Of a DNA stretch of 47,666 nt, positions 18,983 to 29,888 are shown piece by piece (the first letter of the stretch is position 1; each line of letters opens with the position of its first letter). The position numbers were made by a program, and so were the translations under genes. Under the pieces are notes generated by a model. The model made no database searches and had not been told where the DNA came from. It saw only the letters and a program-made list of their open reading frames with translations. The DNA comes from an uncultured Sarcina sp. GTDB taxonomy: Bacteria > Bacillota > Clostridia > Lachnospirales > Lachnospiraceae. Location of the stretch: the NCBI GenBank assembly GCA_964386925.1, contig CAYLUU010000001.1, positions 1 through 47,666 of the forward strand, written 5' to 3'.

Positions 18983-20197
18983 TCAATTTGCCAGCAAATC
19001 CTTTTCCAGCTGATCCATGTCATACTCCGACGGTTCAAATTTCTGAAAATCCTTTTTCGATTTCGAAGTTCTCTCTTTTATATTTTTCTCTTTTGAAGTT
19101 CTCTCAGACGTTTTCCCGGTAGCTTTACCCTTGCGGTCCGATGAGGACGAAGAAGAGCTTTCTTTATATTCATTTTTAATTGCAGAAATCATCCAGCCTG
19201 TAAAGTTGGAAATATAGTCCTGCTTTTTTGCCAGCTGGTAGGCCGCTTCTATTTTCTCGTAACAATATCCGGCCTCACTGCAGATGGTTCGAATATCTTT
19301 TACTCCAATGTCTTCCTCCGAAAGCAGCTCTGTCACATCGGCATAGACGATCTTGCGTCTGGTCTCTTCTTCCTTGCTGATCTCCTCGGCAGGCGCTTCG
19401 TCTTTTCTCGTCACGATGAATTCAATGCTGACGGTCTTACCGCCGTGCCCCGCGAGGATCGGCTTGTAATCCACATGGATCGGAGAAATTTCGTTGATTT
19501 CCTCCCGGGCAACATCGAGCACATTCTTTTTCATGTCGATGTAGCGGGCATACATGTGCTTCTGCACCTTTTTGCGATTCTCTACCGTTTCGTAGTCCAG
19601 GCTGAAGGTACTGCGCAGCTCCTCGATGGAGTAGGAGATGTAGTACGGACCGTTCAGATTTCTCGTCGTACTGCGCAGATAGTCTGCCTGACCGGACAAA
19701 CGCTCATACAGCACCATTGAATAACTCGATTTCATCCGCAGCGTAATGTAACGATAGAACTCGGAATAATTCGACTTCAGACCCGAAATCTCCTTCGTTA
19801 CCTCTGGTGAAAATACGATGCGCAGCTCCCCATTACTGAATTCTGCCGAGTTCACGACATTGATGTATTTAAAGGTCTTGTTCTCCTCGTCCTCCATTCC
19901 CAGGCGCCAGGAGAGAAGATCCGGCTTATGCGTCGGAGAATTGCAGGAATTCTTGACAGTTTCATAAAAGGATCCGGTGTAGTTATTAAAAATCTTCCGA
20001 AGTTTCTGTCCGGCAATGACAGCCACAGCCTGATTCCCGCTGGCATCCAGCTTCGCCTCCGAAATAGCTACCGTGAAAAGCTTGTGAACCGATGCGCTGG
20101 TGCGCCCCCTGGAATTCACCAGCTTGTTGCTCTTCCGATATTTTACCTTTGAGAGAGCATACTGCTCCTCCTTCGTTGCATGAGACTTCTCGCTCAT
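18983..20197 (-). CDS. Rep_3 (RepB/RepA-type, winged-helix) iteron-plasmid replication initiator, 404 aa
   Basis: KSNKLVNS, LRMKSSYSMVLYERL, YSIEELRSTF, YARYIDMKKNVLDVAREEINE match Rep_3 patterns; GAGGGG RBS before ATG at 20197; iterons immediately upstream. Confidence 0.88.
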   Translation of the reverse strand: MSEKSHATKEEQYALSKVKYRKSNKLVNSRGRTSASVHKLFTVAISEAKLDASGNQAVAVIAGQKLRKIFNNYTGSFYETVKNSCNSPTHKPDLLSWRLGMEDEENKTFKYINVVNSAEFSNGELRIVFSPEVTKEISGLKSNYSEFYRYITLRMKSSYSMVLYERLSGQADYLRSTTRNLNGPYYISYSIEELRSTFSLDYETVENRKKVQKHMYARYIDMKKNVLDVAREEINEISPIHVDYKPILAGHGGKTVSIEFIVTRKDEAPAEEISKEEETRRKIVYADVTELLSEEDIGVKDIRTICSEAGYCYEKIEAAYQLAKKQDYISNFTGWMISAIKNEYKESSSSSSSDRKGKATGKTSERTSKEKNIKERTSKSKKDFQKFEPSEYDMDQLEKDLLAN

Positions 20198-20259
20198 AGG
20201 TCCCCTCATCGAAATTCTCGAAAATGATATTCCATATTTTTCAACTTTTATGTAGTGTG

Positions 20260-20288
20260 ATTGTACTGGATTTCCGGAAGACTGGCAA
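20260..20288 (-). promoter_or_regulatory. Putative rep promoter
   Basis: Minus strand TTGCCA (20283-20288), 17 bp, TACAAT (20260-20265). Confidence 0.6.
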
Positions 20289-20348
20289 GAACAATCGAAA
20301 ATAAAATTCCAGATTTTTCCACTGTTACCAAAATATTCTTTCGCCTCA

Positions 20349-20945
20349 TCCCATCCAGCTCCACAGTTAAAGGCATATCGAAGATCTTCTACGGTAAAAG
20401 TGGAGAAAAACGGAATCATACATCCCATTTATCTCTACTTTTAATCGTTTCATCCCGTTTTTCTCACCTTTCCTTGTAACCAATCAATTGATTTCGTTCC
20501 AATTTTCTCCACTTTTAATTCCGTTTATCTCCACTTTTAACCCTGATTCAGTCTATTTCTGCATCCTCAACACCCCATTTTGCAGCGAATGAACCGCCTT
20601 TCCTCCATCATGCAGCGGCCATTTTCTTTGTTTTAGCCTCATATCCCAGTTATCTCCACTGTTAGCTCCAATGTGCTCTACTTCTTGTCCCGCTGCGCTC
20701 TACCTCAAGACCCGTTTACCTCACGCAATTTATCCCGTTCATCTCCACCACTTGACCCGTTTTCTTCTACAATTACGCCCGTTCTTCTCTACTGCAAGAC
20801 CCGTCTGTCTCTACTTTTAAAGCCGAAAAAGCCTTTATTTAAGGGATTTTCCGGCATCTAAACAAAGAAAAAGCTGTTGTTTTAAAAAGAAGGAAACAAA
20901 ATTCTGTTGTTGTCAGCAGTACATCCCGTTTATCTCTACTTTTAA
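20349..20945 (+). repeat. Iteron array (22-bp unit, consensus TCCCGTTTATCTCYACTTTTAA) with AT-rich tract: plasmid-type origin
   Basis: Copies at 20349, 20394 (inverted), 20423, 20453 (partial), 20497, 20519, eight in tandem at 20644, 20666, 20688, 20710, 20733, 20755, 20777, 20799, and one at 20924; A-rich tract at about 20858-20903. Confidence 0.9.
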
Positions 20946-20960
20946 ATTCACCTATGGCAC

Positions 20961-21016
20961 TTTACATATACCCCCTGTAGGTATATAAAGTTATATATAG
21001 ATACCCTATGGGGGTA
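20961..21016 (+). promoter_or_regulatory. csoR-copA promoter with two CsoR operators
   Basis: TTTACA (20961-20966), 17 bp, TATAAA (20984-20989); TACCCCCTGTAGGTA (20969-20983) and TACCCTATGGGGGTA (21002-21016) have the C-tract/G-tract pseudo-palindrome of CsoR sites. Confidence 0.85.
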
Positions 21017-21021
21017 ATTTA

Positions 21022-21122
21022 ATATTTGCTCAGCACCTGACGATTTCAACAGGAATCGGGCGCCCTTCGGATGTATTCATGATTGAAATTGGCCGGTGGT
21101 ACTGAATAGGTGCTGAATATAT
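21022..21122. repeat. Intergenic hairpin repeat copy in the csoR leader
   Basis: TCAGCACCT...AGGTGCTGA ends; internal CGATTTCAAC...ATTCATGATTGAAAT shared with 24491-24611. Confidence 0.8.
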
Positions 21123-21149
21123 AACATTTGAAATTAAGAGGAACATGAT

Positions 21150-21584
21150 ATGCAGGATATTCAGAATACGATCCATTCAGATAATTCAAGCGAAAATCAG
21201 ACGGATAGGCATGAAAAGGCTTCAGTAGGAATCCGCATGGAAAATCAAATTGAAAAACAAATTCATGAGGCAGAGCAGGAGACTCTTGCGGCAGTCTGTC
21301 CTTGCTGCCGCAAGAAGGACCGGTCCGATGCAGAAACAAAGGATCTGATCACCAGACTGAACCGTATTGAAGGTCAGATTCGCGGTATCCGCAAAATGGT
21401 AGAATCTGAAAGCTACTGCATAGATATTCTGACACAGGTTTCCGCTGCATCCTCTGCATTAAACAGTTTTACAAAGGTTCTTCTGAGCAGCCACATCAAA
21501 ACCTGCGTGACAGATGACATCCAGAACGGCAGTGAGGAAAAGCTGGATGAGCTGCTGCGCATTCTTCCGAAGCTGATGAAGTGA
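21150..21584 (+). CDS. csoR: Copper-sensing repressor CsoR (start may be 21237)
   Basis: RLNRIEGQIRGI, YCIDILTQ, HIKTC; upstream of copA. Confidence 0.9.
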   Translation: MQDIQNTIHSDNSSENQTDRHEKASVGIRMENQIEKQIHEAEQETLAAVCPCCRKKDRSDAETKDLITRLNRIEGQIRGIRKMVESESYCIDILTQVSAASSALNSFTKVLLSSHIKTCVTDDIQNGSEEKLDELLRILPKLMK

Positions 21585-21649
21585 TGTACCAATGTTCTAT
21601 TACGAAATTGATCACTGACAATCGCTTCCCAATGTATCAGGAGGTATCA

Positions 21650-24430
21650 ATGGAACAATTTAGTGTAACCGGCATGAGCTGTGCTGCCTGCCAGGCGAGA
21701 GTAGAAAAGGCGGTCTCGAAGGTTCCGGGCGTCACATCCTGCTCAGTAAGTCTCCTCACCAATTCCATGGGAGTGGAGGGAACCGCATCTCCCGAAAAGA
21801 TCATTCAGGCTGTCGAAAACGCCGGCTACGGCGCCGCCCGCAAGGCATCTGCCGGCAAAGCCTCACGCTCCGGCGCATCAAACGGCGATGCTGCCGTGCA
21901 TTCCGCTGCAGCAAACCGTGAAGGTGCAGCCGGCTATTCCGAGCGTCTTGCAAAGGAGGAGGATGCTCTGCGGGATAAAACCACACCGGTTCTAAAAAAA
22001 CGGCTGATCTGGTCCCTTATTTTCCTCATGATCCTCATGTACTTCTCCATGGGAGTGCATATGTGGGGATGGCCTGTTCCTGCCTTCATGGAAGGAAACC
22101 ACGTTGCCATGGGACTTATGCAGCTCCTCTTATCCGGCATCATCATGGTGGTCAATCAGAAGTTCTTCGTATCCGGCTTTAAGAGCCTCGTGCACGGTGC
22201 TCCCAATATGGATTCCACCATCGCGCTGGGCTCCGGTGCGGCCTTTGCCTATTCCACCGTCATGCTTTTCATGATGACAAGAGCGCAGGTGGATGGCGGC
22301 ACTGAGGCAGCGATGCCGTATATGAATGAGTTCTATTTTGAATCCGCCGGCATGATCCTGACGCTCATTACCGTCGGCAAAATGCTGGAGTCCCTCTCCA
22401 AGGGCCGCACAACGGACGCCCTGAAATCGCTGATGCGCCTTGCTCCGAAAACCGCAACGCTCCTGCGTGATGGAAAAGAGGTCACCGTTTCTGTGGATGA
22501 AATCCTGATCGGTGATGTCTTTGTTGTCCGGCCCGGCGAGAGTATTCCTGCGGACGGCGTCGTTCTCGAGGGCAGCAGCGCGGTCAATGAATCCGCACTG
22601 ACCGGTGAATCCATTCCGGTGGACAAGGCCCCCGGCTCTACCGTCACCTCCGCTACCACCAACCAGAGCGGCTTTCTCAAATGCCGCGCAACGAGAGTAG
22701 GAGAGGACACGACATTGTCGCAGATCATCTCCATGGTCAGCGATGCTGCCGCAACCAAAGCCCCTGTGGCAAAGCTGGCAGACCGAATTTCTGCTGTTTT
22801 CGTTCCGTCCGTGATCGGGCTGTCGATCTTCACCATCGTTATCTGGCTCCTTTTGGGGCAGGAGGTTGGTTACGCGCTTGCCAGAGGCATCTGCGTTCTG
22901 GTTGTTTCCTGCCCTTGTGCCCTGGGACTGGCCACCCCAGTTGCCATTATGGTCGGCAACGGTATGGGAGCGAAGAACGGCATTCTCTTCAAGACAGCTG
23001 AGGCTCTTCAGGAAACCGGTTCCATTCAGATCGTCGCCTTGGACAAAACCGGAACGATTACGAATGGCACGCCGGTTGTGACTGATCTTATTCCGACCGA
23101 TTCTGTGACAGCCGATGAATTGATTCGCAAGGCGGCCATTCTGGAATCCCGGTCCGAGCATCCTCTGGCCAGAGCTATCGTACAATATGCAGCGCAGGTG
23201 AGCGAAAATACATCCTCCCCAGCCAATACCGGCATTTCCGATCAGACTTCATCTTCATCCTGCCATTCTGACGACAAAACTGATCAGAATACAGCAAAAG
23301 CTTCTGAACTATCTGATTTTCACGCTCTTCCCGGAAACGGCCTCACCGGCATACTGAACGGAAGAGAACTCTCCGGCGGAAATGCACGCTTTATTCAGAC
23401 CAAGGCAGTCCTTGACAATAAGATGAAGGAGCAGGCCGCACGTCTTGCCGAGGCTGGCAGGACACCGATGTTCTTCGAAGAGAACGGAAAGCTGCTCGGA
23501 ATCATTGCTGTGGCAGACACACTAAAGGAGGACTCTGCACAGGCCATTGCAGAGCTTAAGGACATGGGCATTCATGTCGTTATGATCACCGGCGACAATC
23601 CCCGAACTGCCGCTGCCATTGGCCGGCAGGCCGGTGTTGACGAGGTAGCTGCAGGCGTCCTGCCAGACGGCAAAGAGGAAATCATACGGCAGCTGCAGAA
23701 GAGCGGCAAGGTCGCCATGGTAGGAGACGGCATCAATGATGCACCGGCCCTCACCCGCGCCAATATCGGAATTGCAATCGGAGCCGGTACAGATGTTGCC
23801 ATAGATTCCGCAGACGTCGTTCTGATGAAATCCAGATTAACCGATGTTTCTGCCGCGGTTCGGCTCTCCCGCGCCACATATCGGAACATTGTGGAAAATC
23901 TGTTCTGGGCGCTGTTCTACAATATTCTCCTGATTCCTCTGGCAGCCGGCCTCTATGCGCACTGGGGGCTTACCATGAATCCCATGTGGGGCGCTGCGGC
24001 GATGAGCTGCTCCAGCTTCTTCGTCTGCATGAATGCACTGCGGCTGAACCTGTTCCGCATGCATGACAACAGCCATGACCATCGCAGAAGAGAAATTGCA
24101 ACATCGTCCCCTCTGCTGAAGGATTCAGAATCAAAAGCTTCCGATCTTGCTTCTTCGGATGGCGTCGGCGAAAATAATGACACAAAGACCTGCACTGCTG
24201 CAGGCGGAAAGGACACTGTTATGACAAAGACAATGAACATTGAAGGAATGATGTGCTGCCACTGCGAAAAGGCTGTAAAGACTGCTCTGGAGGCCCTGGA
24301 TGGAGTTGCATCAGCTGAAGTTTCCCATGAGAAGGGTACTGCAGTTGTTACTCTCTCTAATGACATCGAGGATGCTCTGCTGAAGAAAGCAGTGGAAGAT
24401 AAGGACTACAAGGTAACCTCCATTCAGTAA
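21650..24430 (+). CDS. copA: Copper-translocating P1B-type ATPase with N- and C-terminal HMA domains
   Basis: GMSCAAC, TGES, CPC, DKTGT, SEHPL, GDGIND, YN and MSCSS, C-terminal GMMCCHC; AGGAGGT RBS before ATG at 21650. Confidence 0.93.
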   Translation: MEQFSVTGMSCAACQARVEKAVSKVPGVTSCSVSLLTNSMGVEGTASPEKIIQAVENAGYGAARKASAGKASRSGASNGDAAVHSAAANREGAAGYSERLAKEEDALRDKTTPVLKKRLIWSLIFLMILMYFSMGVHMWGWPVPAFMEGNHVAMGLMQLLLSGIIMVVNQKFFVSGFKSLVHGAPNMDSTIALGSGAAFAYSTVMLFMMTRAQVDGGTEAAMPYMNEFYFESAGMILTLITVGKMLESLSKGRTTDALKSLMRLAPKTATLLRDGKEVTVSVDEILIGDVFVVRPGESIPADGVVLEGSSAVNESALTGESIPVDKAPGSTVTSATTNQSGFLKCRATRVGEDTTLSQIISMVSDAAATKAPVAKLADRISAVFVPSVIGLSIFTIVIWLLLGQEVGYALARGICVLVVSCPCALGLATPVAIMVGNGMGAKNGILFKTAEALQETGSIQIVALDKTGTITNGTPVVTDLIPTDSVTADELIRKAAILESRSEHPLARAIVQYAAQVSENTSSPANTGISDQTSSSSCHSDDKTDQNTAKASELSDFHALPGNGLTGILNGRELSGGNARFIQTKAVLDNKMKEQAARLAEAGRTPMFFEENGKLLGIIAVADTLKEDSAQAIAELKDMGIHVVMITGDNPRTAAAIGRQAGVDEVAAGVLPDGKEEIIRQLQKSGKVAMVGDGINDAPALTRANIGIAIGAGTDVAIDSADVVLMKSRLTDVSAAVRLSRATYRNIVENLFWALFYNILLIPLAAGLYAHWGLTMNPMWGAAAMSCSSFFVCMNALRLNLFRMHDNSHDHRRREIATSSPLLKDSESKASDLASSDGVGENNDTKTCTAAGGKDTVMTKTMNIEGMMCCHCEKAVKTALEALDGVASAEVSHEKGTAVVTLSNDIEDALLKKAVEDKDYKVTSIQ

Positions 24431-24490
24431 TGATTGCCTGATCCGTCACTGTATCGGCACAATATTTACCAACTTCCCATGTAGTTATGT

Positions 24491-24611
24491 GTATCTGTTT
24501 AGCACCTGGCGATTTCAACGTGAATCGGCCGCTTGCGGACAGATTCATGATTGAAATCGCCATCGGGCATCTTCGAGTATTAAATTCGAGATGCGGGTGC
24601 TGAATAGATAC
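24491..24611. repeat. Intergenic hairpin repeat, full two-hairpin copy
   Basis: GTATCTGTTTAGCACC vs GGTGCTGAATAGATAC ends; internal hairpins at 24508-24561 and 24567-24594. Confidence 0.85.
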
Positions 24612-24696
24612 GTTTTATGTTACACTTGAATGGTTTCTGATTAAAAATTAACATAGACCATCAATACTGATTATTCATTCACCAGGAGGTTATAAC

Positions 24697-24936
24697 ATGG
24701 CAGATGTAAATGAACAGCAGGAGACCAAGAACACGGAGCCGATTCGCTCCGATATGATTGTCCGCGACGTAATCCTTGCTCATCCTGACGCAGCAGAGGT
24801 TCTGATGCGTGTCGGCATGGGCTGCATCAGCTGCCCGGCTGCACTTATGGAGAGTCTCGGTGATGCCTGCATGGTTCACGGACTGGACGGCGAAGAGGTT
24901 GTGAAATACCTCAACCAGGAATTGAATCTTGCCTGA
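24697..24936 (+). CDS. DUF1858 domain protein (hybrid-cluster-associated redox disulfide domain)
   Basis: GMGCISCPAALMESLGDACMVHG; AGGAGG RBS. Confidence 0.85.
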   Translation: MADVNEQQETKNTEPIRSDMIVRDVILAHPDAAEVLMRVGMGCISCPAALMESLGDACMVHGLDGEEVVKYLNQELNLA

Positions 24937-24955
24937 TTAATTTGTAATTGTATAG

Positions 24956-25019
24956 TACTGGCGATTTCAGCATGAATTGGTCACTTGCGGACATATTCAT
25001 GATTGAAATTGACAGGTAC
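24956..25019. repeat. Internal hairpin module of the repeat family
   Basis: CTGGCGATTTCAGCATGAAT...CTTGCGGACATATTCATGATTGAAAT, close match to 24506-24557. Confidence 0.8.
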
Positions 25020-25024
25020 TTCAA

Positions 25025-25063
25025 AAAAGGTCTTGTCTGCCGATTTGGCAGACAAGACCTTTT
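25025..25063. terminator. Bidirectional intrinsic terminator (DUF1858 gene / gyrA)
   Basis: AAAAGGTCTTGTCTGCC GATTT GGCAGACAAGACCTTTT perfect 17-bp stem. Confidence 0.9.
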
Positions 25064-25151
25064 CTGTTCTACATCCTATTTAATTCTTAAAGGAGCGCTG
25101 ATATAGCGCTCTCCACGCCGGGTTTGCGCTGTATAGCACTCTGTTACCGCC

Positions 25152-27653
25152 TTATTCCTCCGCCGGCTCCTCAGCGGCTTCCTCTGCAGAGTTGCCTTCC
25201 TCAATGTCCTCACGAACCTTGGCGATCTTCACGACCTTAACGCCTTCCTCCAGATTGATCAGCTTCACGCCAGATGTAATACGTCCGTGAACCGGAATCT
25301 CATTCATTCGAATCTGGATAATAATGCCTGCAGACGTGATCATCATAATTTCATGATCATCATTTACGGCCTTGATGCCAACCACATTGCCGGTTTTCTC
25401 CGTGATCTTATAGCACTTCAGACCCTTGCCGCCGCGGTTCTGCATACGGAAGTCATCAAAGTTACTCCGTTTGCCCATTCCTTTTTCGGAAACAACCAGA
25501 ACAGAATCTCCCTGCGAGCTCAGCTGCATGCCAACCACACAGTCATCCTCTGCCAGTGAAATACCGCGTACACCCATTGAATTACGTCCGGTCGGCCTTA
25601 CCTGTGTCTCCGAGAAACGAATGGCCATTCCCTTCTCCGTCACAATGATGATGTCATCATCCTCACAGGTTTCCTTCACCTCAATCAGAGAATCCCCCTC
25701 CTGAATAGTGATGGCGTTGATTCCGTTGGAGCGAATGTTGGCAAAATCCGTGCATTTTGTTTTCTTTACAATGCCGTTGCGGGTCACCATGAACAGGTTC
25801 TTGTCATCACTGATGCCCTTTACCGGAATCAGCGCTGACACCTTCTCATCCGCATCCAGCTGCAGCAGATTTACAATGGCGGTACCGCGCGACGTCCGGG
25901 AAGCCTCCGGAATCTTATAGGCCTTCAGCTTATACACGCGTCCCTTATTGGTGAAGACCAGCAGCATATCCTTGATGGCGGTCATGAGCAGATCTTCCAC
26001 ATAATCGTCATCAATGGTATGAGCACCCTTCACACCGCGTCCTCCGCGGTTCTGGGAGCGGAACTCATCCGCTGAGGTTCTCTTGATATAGCCGAGACTG
26101 GTTCTCGTAATAACACAATTCTCGTTCTGAATCAGATCCTCCATCTCGATCTCGGAAAGATCCGCATGCAAATTGATCTGAGAACGTCTCTCATCGCCGT
26201 ATTTCTCTGCAATGATATTCATTTCATCACGAATAACACCGAGCAGGAGATTACGATCTGCCAAAATAGCCTGCAGCCTTCCAATGGTCTTTAACAGTTC
26301 TGCATGCTCTGCCTCCAGCTTGTCATGCTCGAGACCTGTCAGAGCGCGCAGACGCATGTCTACGATTGCCTGCGCCTGTACATCGTCCAGGCCAAACCGT
26401 TCGATCAAACGGCTCTTTGCCTCCTGTACAGAAGAAGAGGAGCGGATGATCTGAACCACCTCATCGATGTGATCAATGGCAACCAGCAAGCCCTGAACGA
26501 TATGATCACGTTCCAGAGCCTTGTTCAGCTCATACTGTGTTCTCCGGGTGACCACATCCTCCTGGTGCTTGAGGTAGTAGGTCAGCATATCCTTGAGACC
26601 GAGAACCTTCGGCTCTCCATTGACCAGAGACAGCATGATCACACCAAAGGTGTCCTGCATCTGGGTATGTTTGAACAGCTGATTCAGAATGATATTCGCA
26701 TTGACATCGTGCCGCAGCTCGATGACAATCCGCATGCCTTCACGATCGGACTCGTCGCGAAGATCGGTAATGCCTTCGATCTTTTTATTTTTTACCAGAT
26801 CCGCAATGTTCTTGATCAGGTTGGCCTTGTTCACCAGATACGGAAGCTCCGTTACCACAATGCGGCTCTTGCCGTTGGCCATGGGCTCGATGTCTGTCAC
26901 GGCTCTGGTAATAATCTTGCCGCGGCCAGTCAGATAGGCTTCTCTGGCTCCCTGCAGCCCCATAATGATGCCGCCTGTCGGGAAATCCGGTGCCTGAACA
27001 ATCTGCAGGAGTTCCTCAACATCAGTCTCACGATTCTCCTGCACACGGTTATCGATCATTTTCGTGCAGGCAGCGACAACCTCTCTTAAGTTGTGAGGAG
27101 GAATGTTCGTAGCCATTCCGACTGCAATGCCGGTGGTACCATTGACCAGCAGATTCGGAAATCTTGCCGGCAGAACAGCAGGCTCTTTCTCCGTGCCGTC
27201 AAAGTTATCAATGAAATCGATGGTGTCCTTGTTGATGTCCGCCATCATCTCTGTAGAGATCTTCGTCAGCCTTGCCTCGGTATATCGCATGGCAGCTGCG
27301 CCATCACCATCCACAGAGCCAAAATTTCCGTGTCCATCGACCAGACAGTAACGCATCGACCAAGGCTGTGCCATATATACCAGGGCACCATAAATCGAAC
27401 TGTCACCGTGCGGGTGATATTTACCCATGGTGTCGCCGACGATACGGGCACATTTACGATGCGGCTTATCCGGTGTATTGCCGAGCTCACTCATAGCCCA
27501 GAGAATTCGTCTCTGTACCGGCTTCATACCATCTCTTACATCCGGCAATGCTCTCTGCACAATAACACTCATAGCGTAGTCGATATACGAGCTGCGCATG
27601 GTCTTGTTCAGATCCACATCATGTATTCTGCTGTCAAAAACATTATCTTCCAT
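25152..27653 (-). CDS. gyrA: DNA gyrase subunit A
   Basis: [23 protein letters not shown], GyrA box QNRGGRG. Confidence 0.98.
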   Translation of the reverse strand: MEDNVFDSRIHDVDLNKTMRSSYIDYAMSVIVQRALPDVRDGMKPVQRRILWAMSELGNTPDKPHRKCARIVGDTMGKYHPHGDSSIYGALVYMAQPWSMRYCLVDGHGNFGSVDGDGAAAMRYTEARLTKISTEMMADINKDTIDFIDNFDGTEKEPAVLPARFPNLLVNGTTGIAVGMATNIPPHNLREVVAACTKMIDNRVQENRETDVEELLQIVQAPDFPTGGIIMGLQGAREAYLTGRGKIITRAVTDIEPMANGKSRIVVTELPYLVNKANLIKNIADLVKNKKIEGITDLRDESDREGMRIVIELRHDVNANIILNQLFKHTQMQDTFGVIMLSLVNGEPKVLGLKDMLTYYLKHQEDVVTRRTQYELNKALERDHIVQGLLVAIDHIDEVVQIIRSSSSVQEAKSRLIERFGLDDVQAQAIVDMRLRALTGLEHDKLEAEHAELLKTIGRLQAILADRNLLLGVIRDEMNIIAEKYGDERRSQINLHADLSEIEMEDLIQNENCVITRTSLGYIKRTSADEFRSQNRGGRGVKGAHTIDDDYVEDLLMTAIKDMLLVFTNKGRVYKLKAYKIPEASRTSRGTAIVNLLQLDADEKVSALIPVKGISDDKNLFMVTRNGIVKKTKCTDFANIRSNGINAITIQEGDSLIEVKETCEDDDIIIVTEKGMAIRFSETQVRPTGRNSMGVRGISLAEDDCVVGMQLSSQGDSVLVVSEKGMGKRSNFDDFRMQNRGGKGLKCYKITEKTGNVVGIKAVNDDHEIMMITSAGIIIQIRMNEIPVHGRITSGVKLINLEEGVKVVKIAKVREDIEEGNSAEEAAEEPAEE

Positions 27654-27697
27654 GAATTCCTATTCCTTTTGCCGTTTGACCGTCCCGCCGGAAATCC

Positions 27698-29794
<2,097 letters not shown>

Positions 29795-29806
29795 TCATTT
29801 TCCTCG

Positions 29807-29882
29807 ATATCTGATCTAAATACCTGCATCTGCTACTGTAAACTTGCAGAGCAACTTCGAGATGCGGGTGCTAAATAATTAC
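29807..29882. repeat. Repeat-family copy between recF and gyrB
   Basis: TTCGAGATGCGGGTGCT (29856-29872) identical to 24585-24601. Confidence 0.7.
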
Positions 29883-29888
29883 TCATTT

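Noticed and set aside
20198..20428. 77-aa N-terminal extension of the Rep ORF in the ORF track
   Set aside because: Runs through iterons and the predicted promoter with no RBS; ATG 20197 has GAGGGG and lies close to the Rep_3 start motif
20644..20820. Possible CRISPR array
   Set aside because: Units are contiguous degenerate 22-mers with no unique spacers, no cas genes are present, and the array adjoins a Rep_3 gene: iterons
25095..25142. Short imperfect direct repeat GCGCTG(A)TATAGC(G/A)CTCT twice after gyrA
   Set aside because: Only two short copies in a 3' UTR with no supporting context
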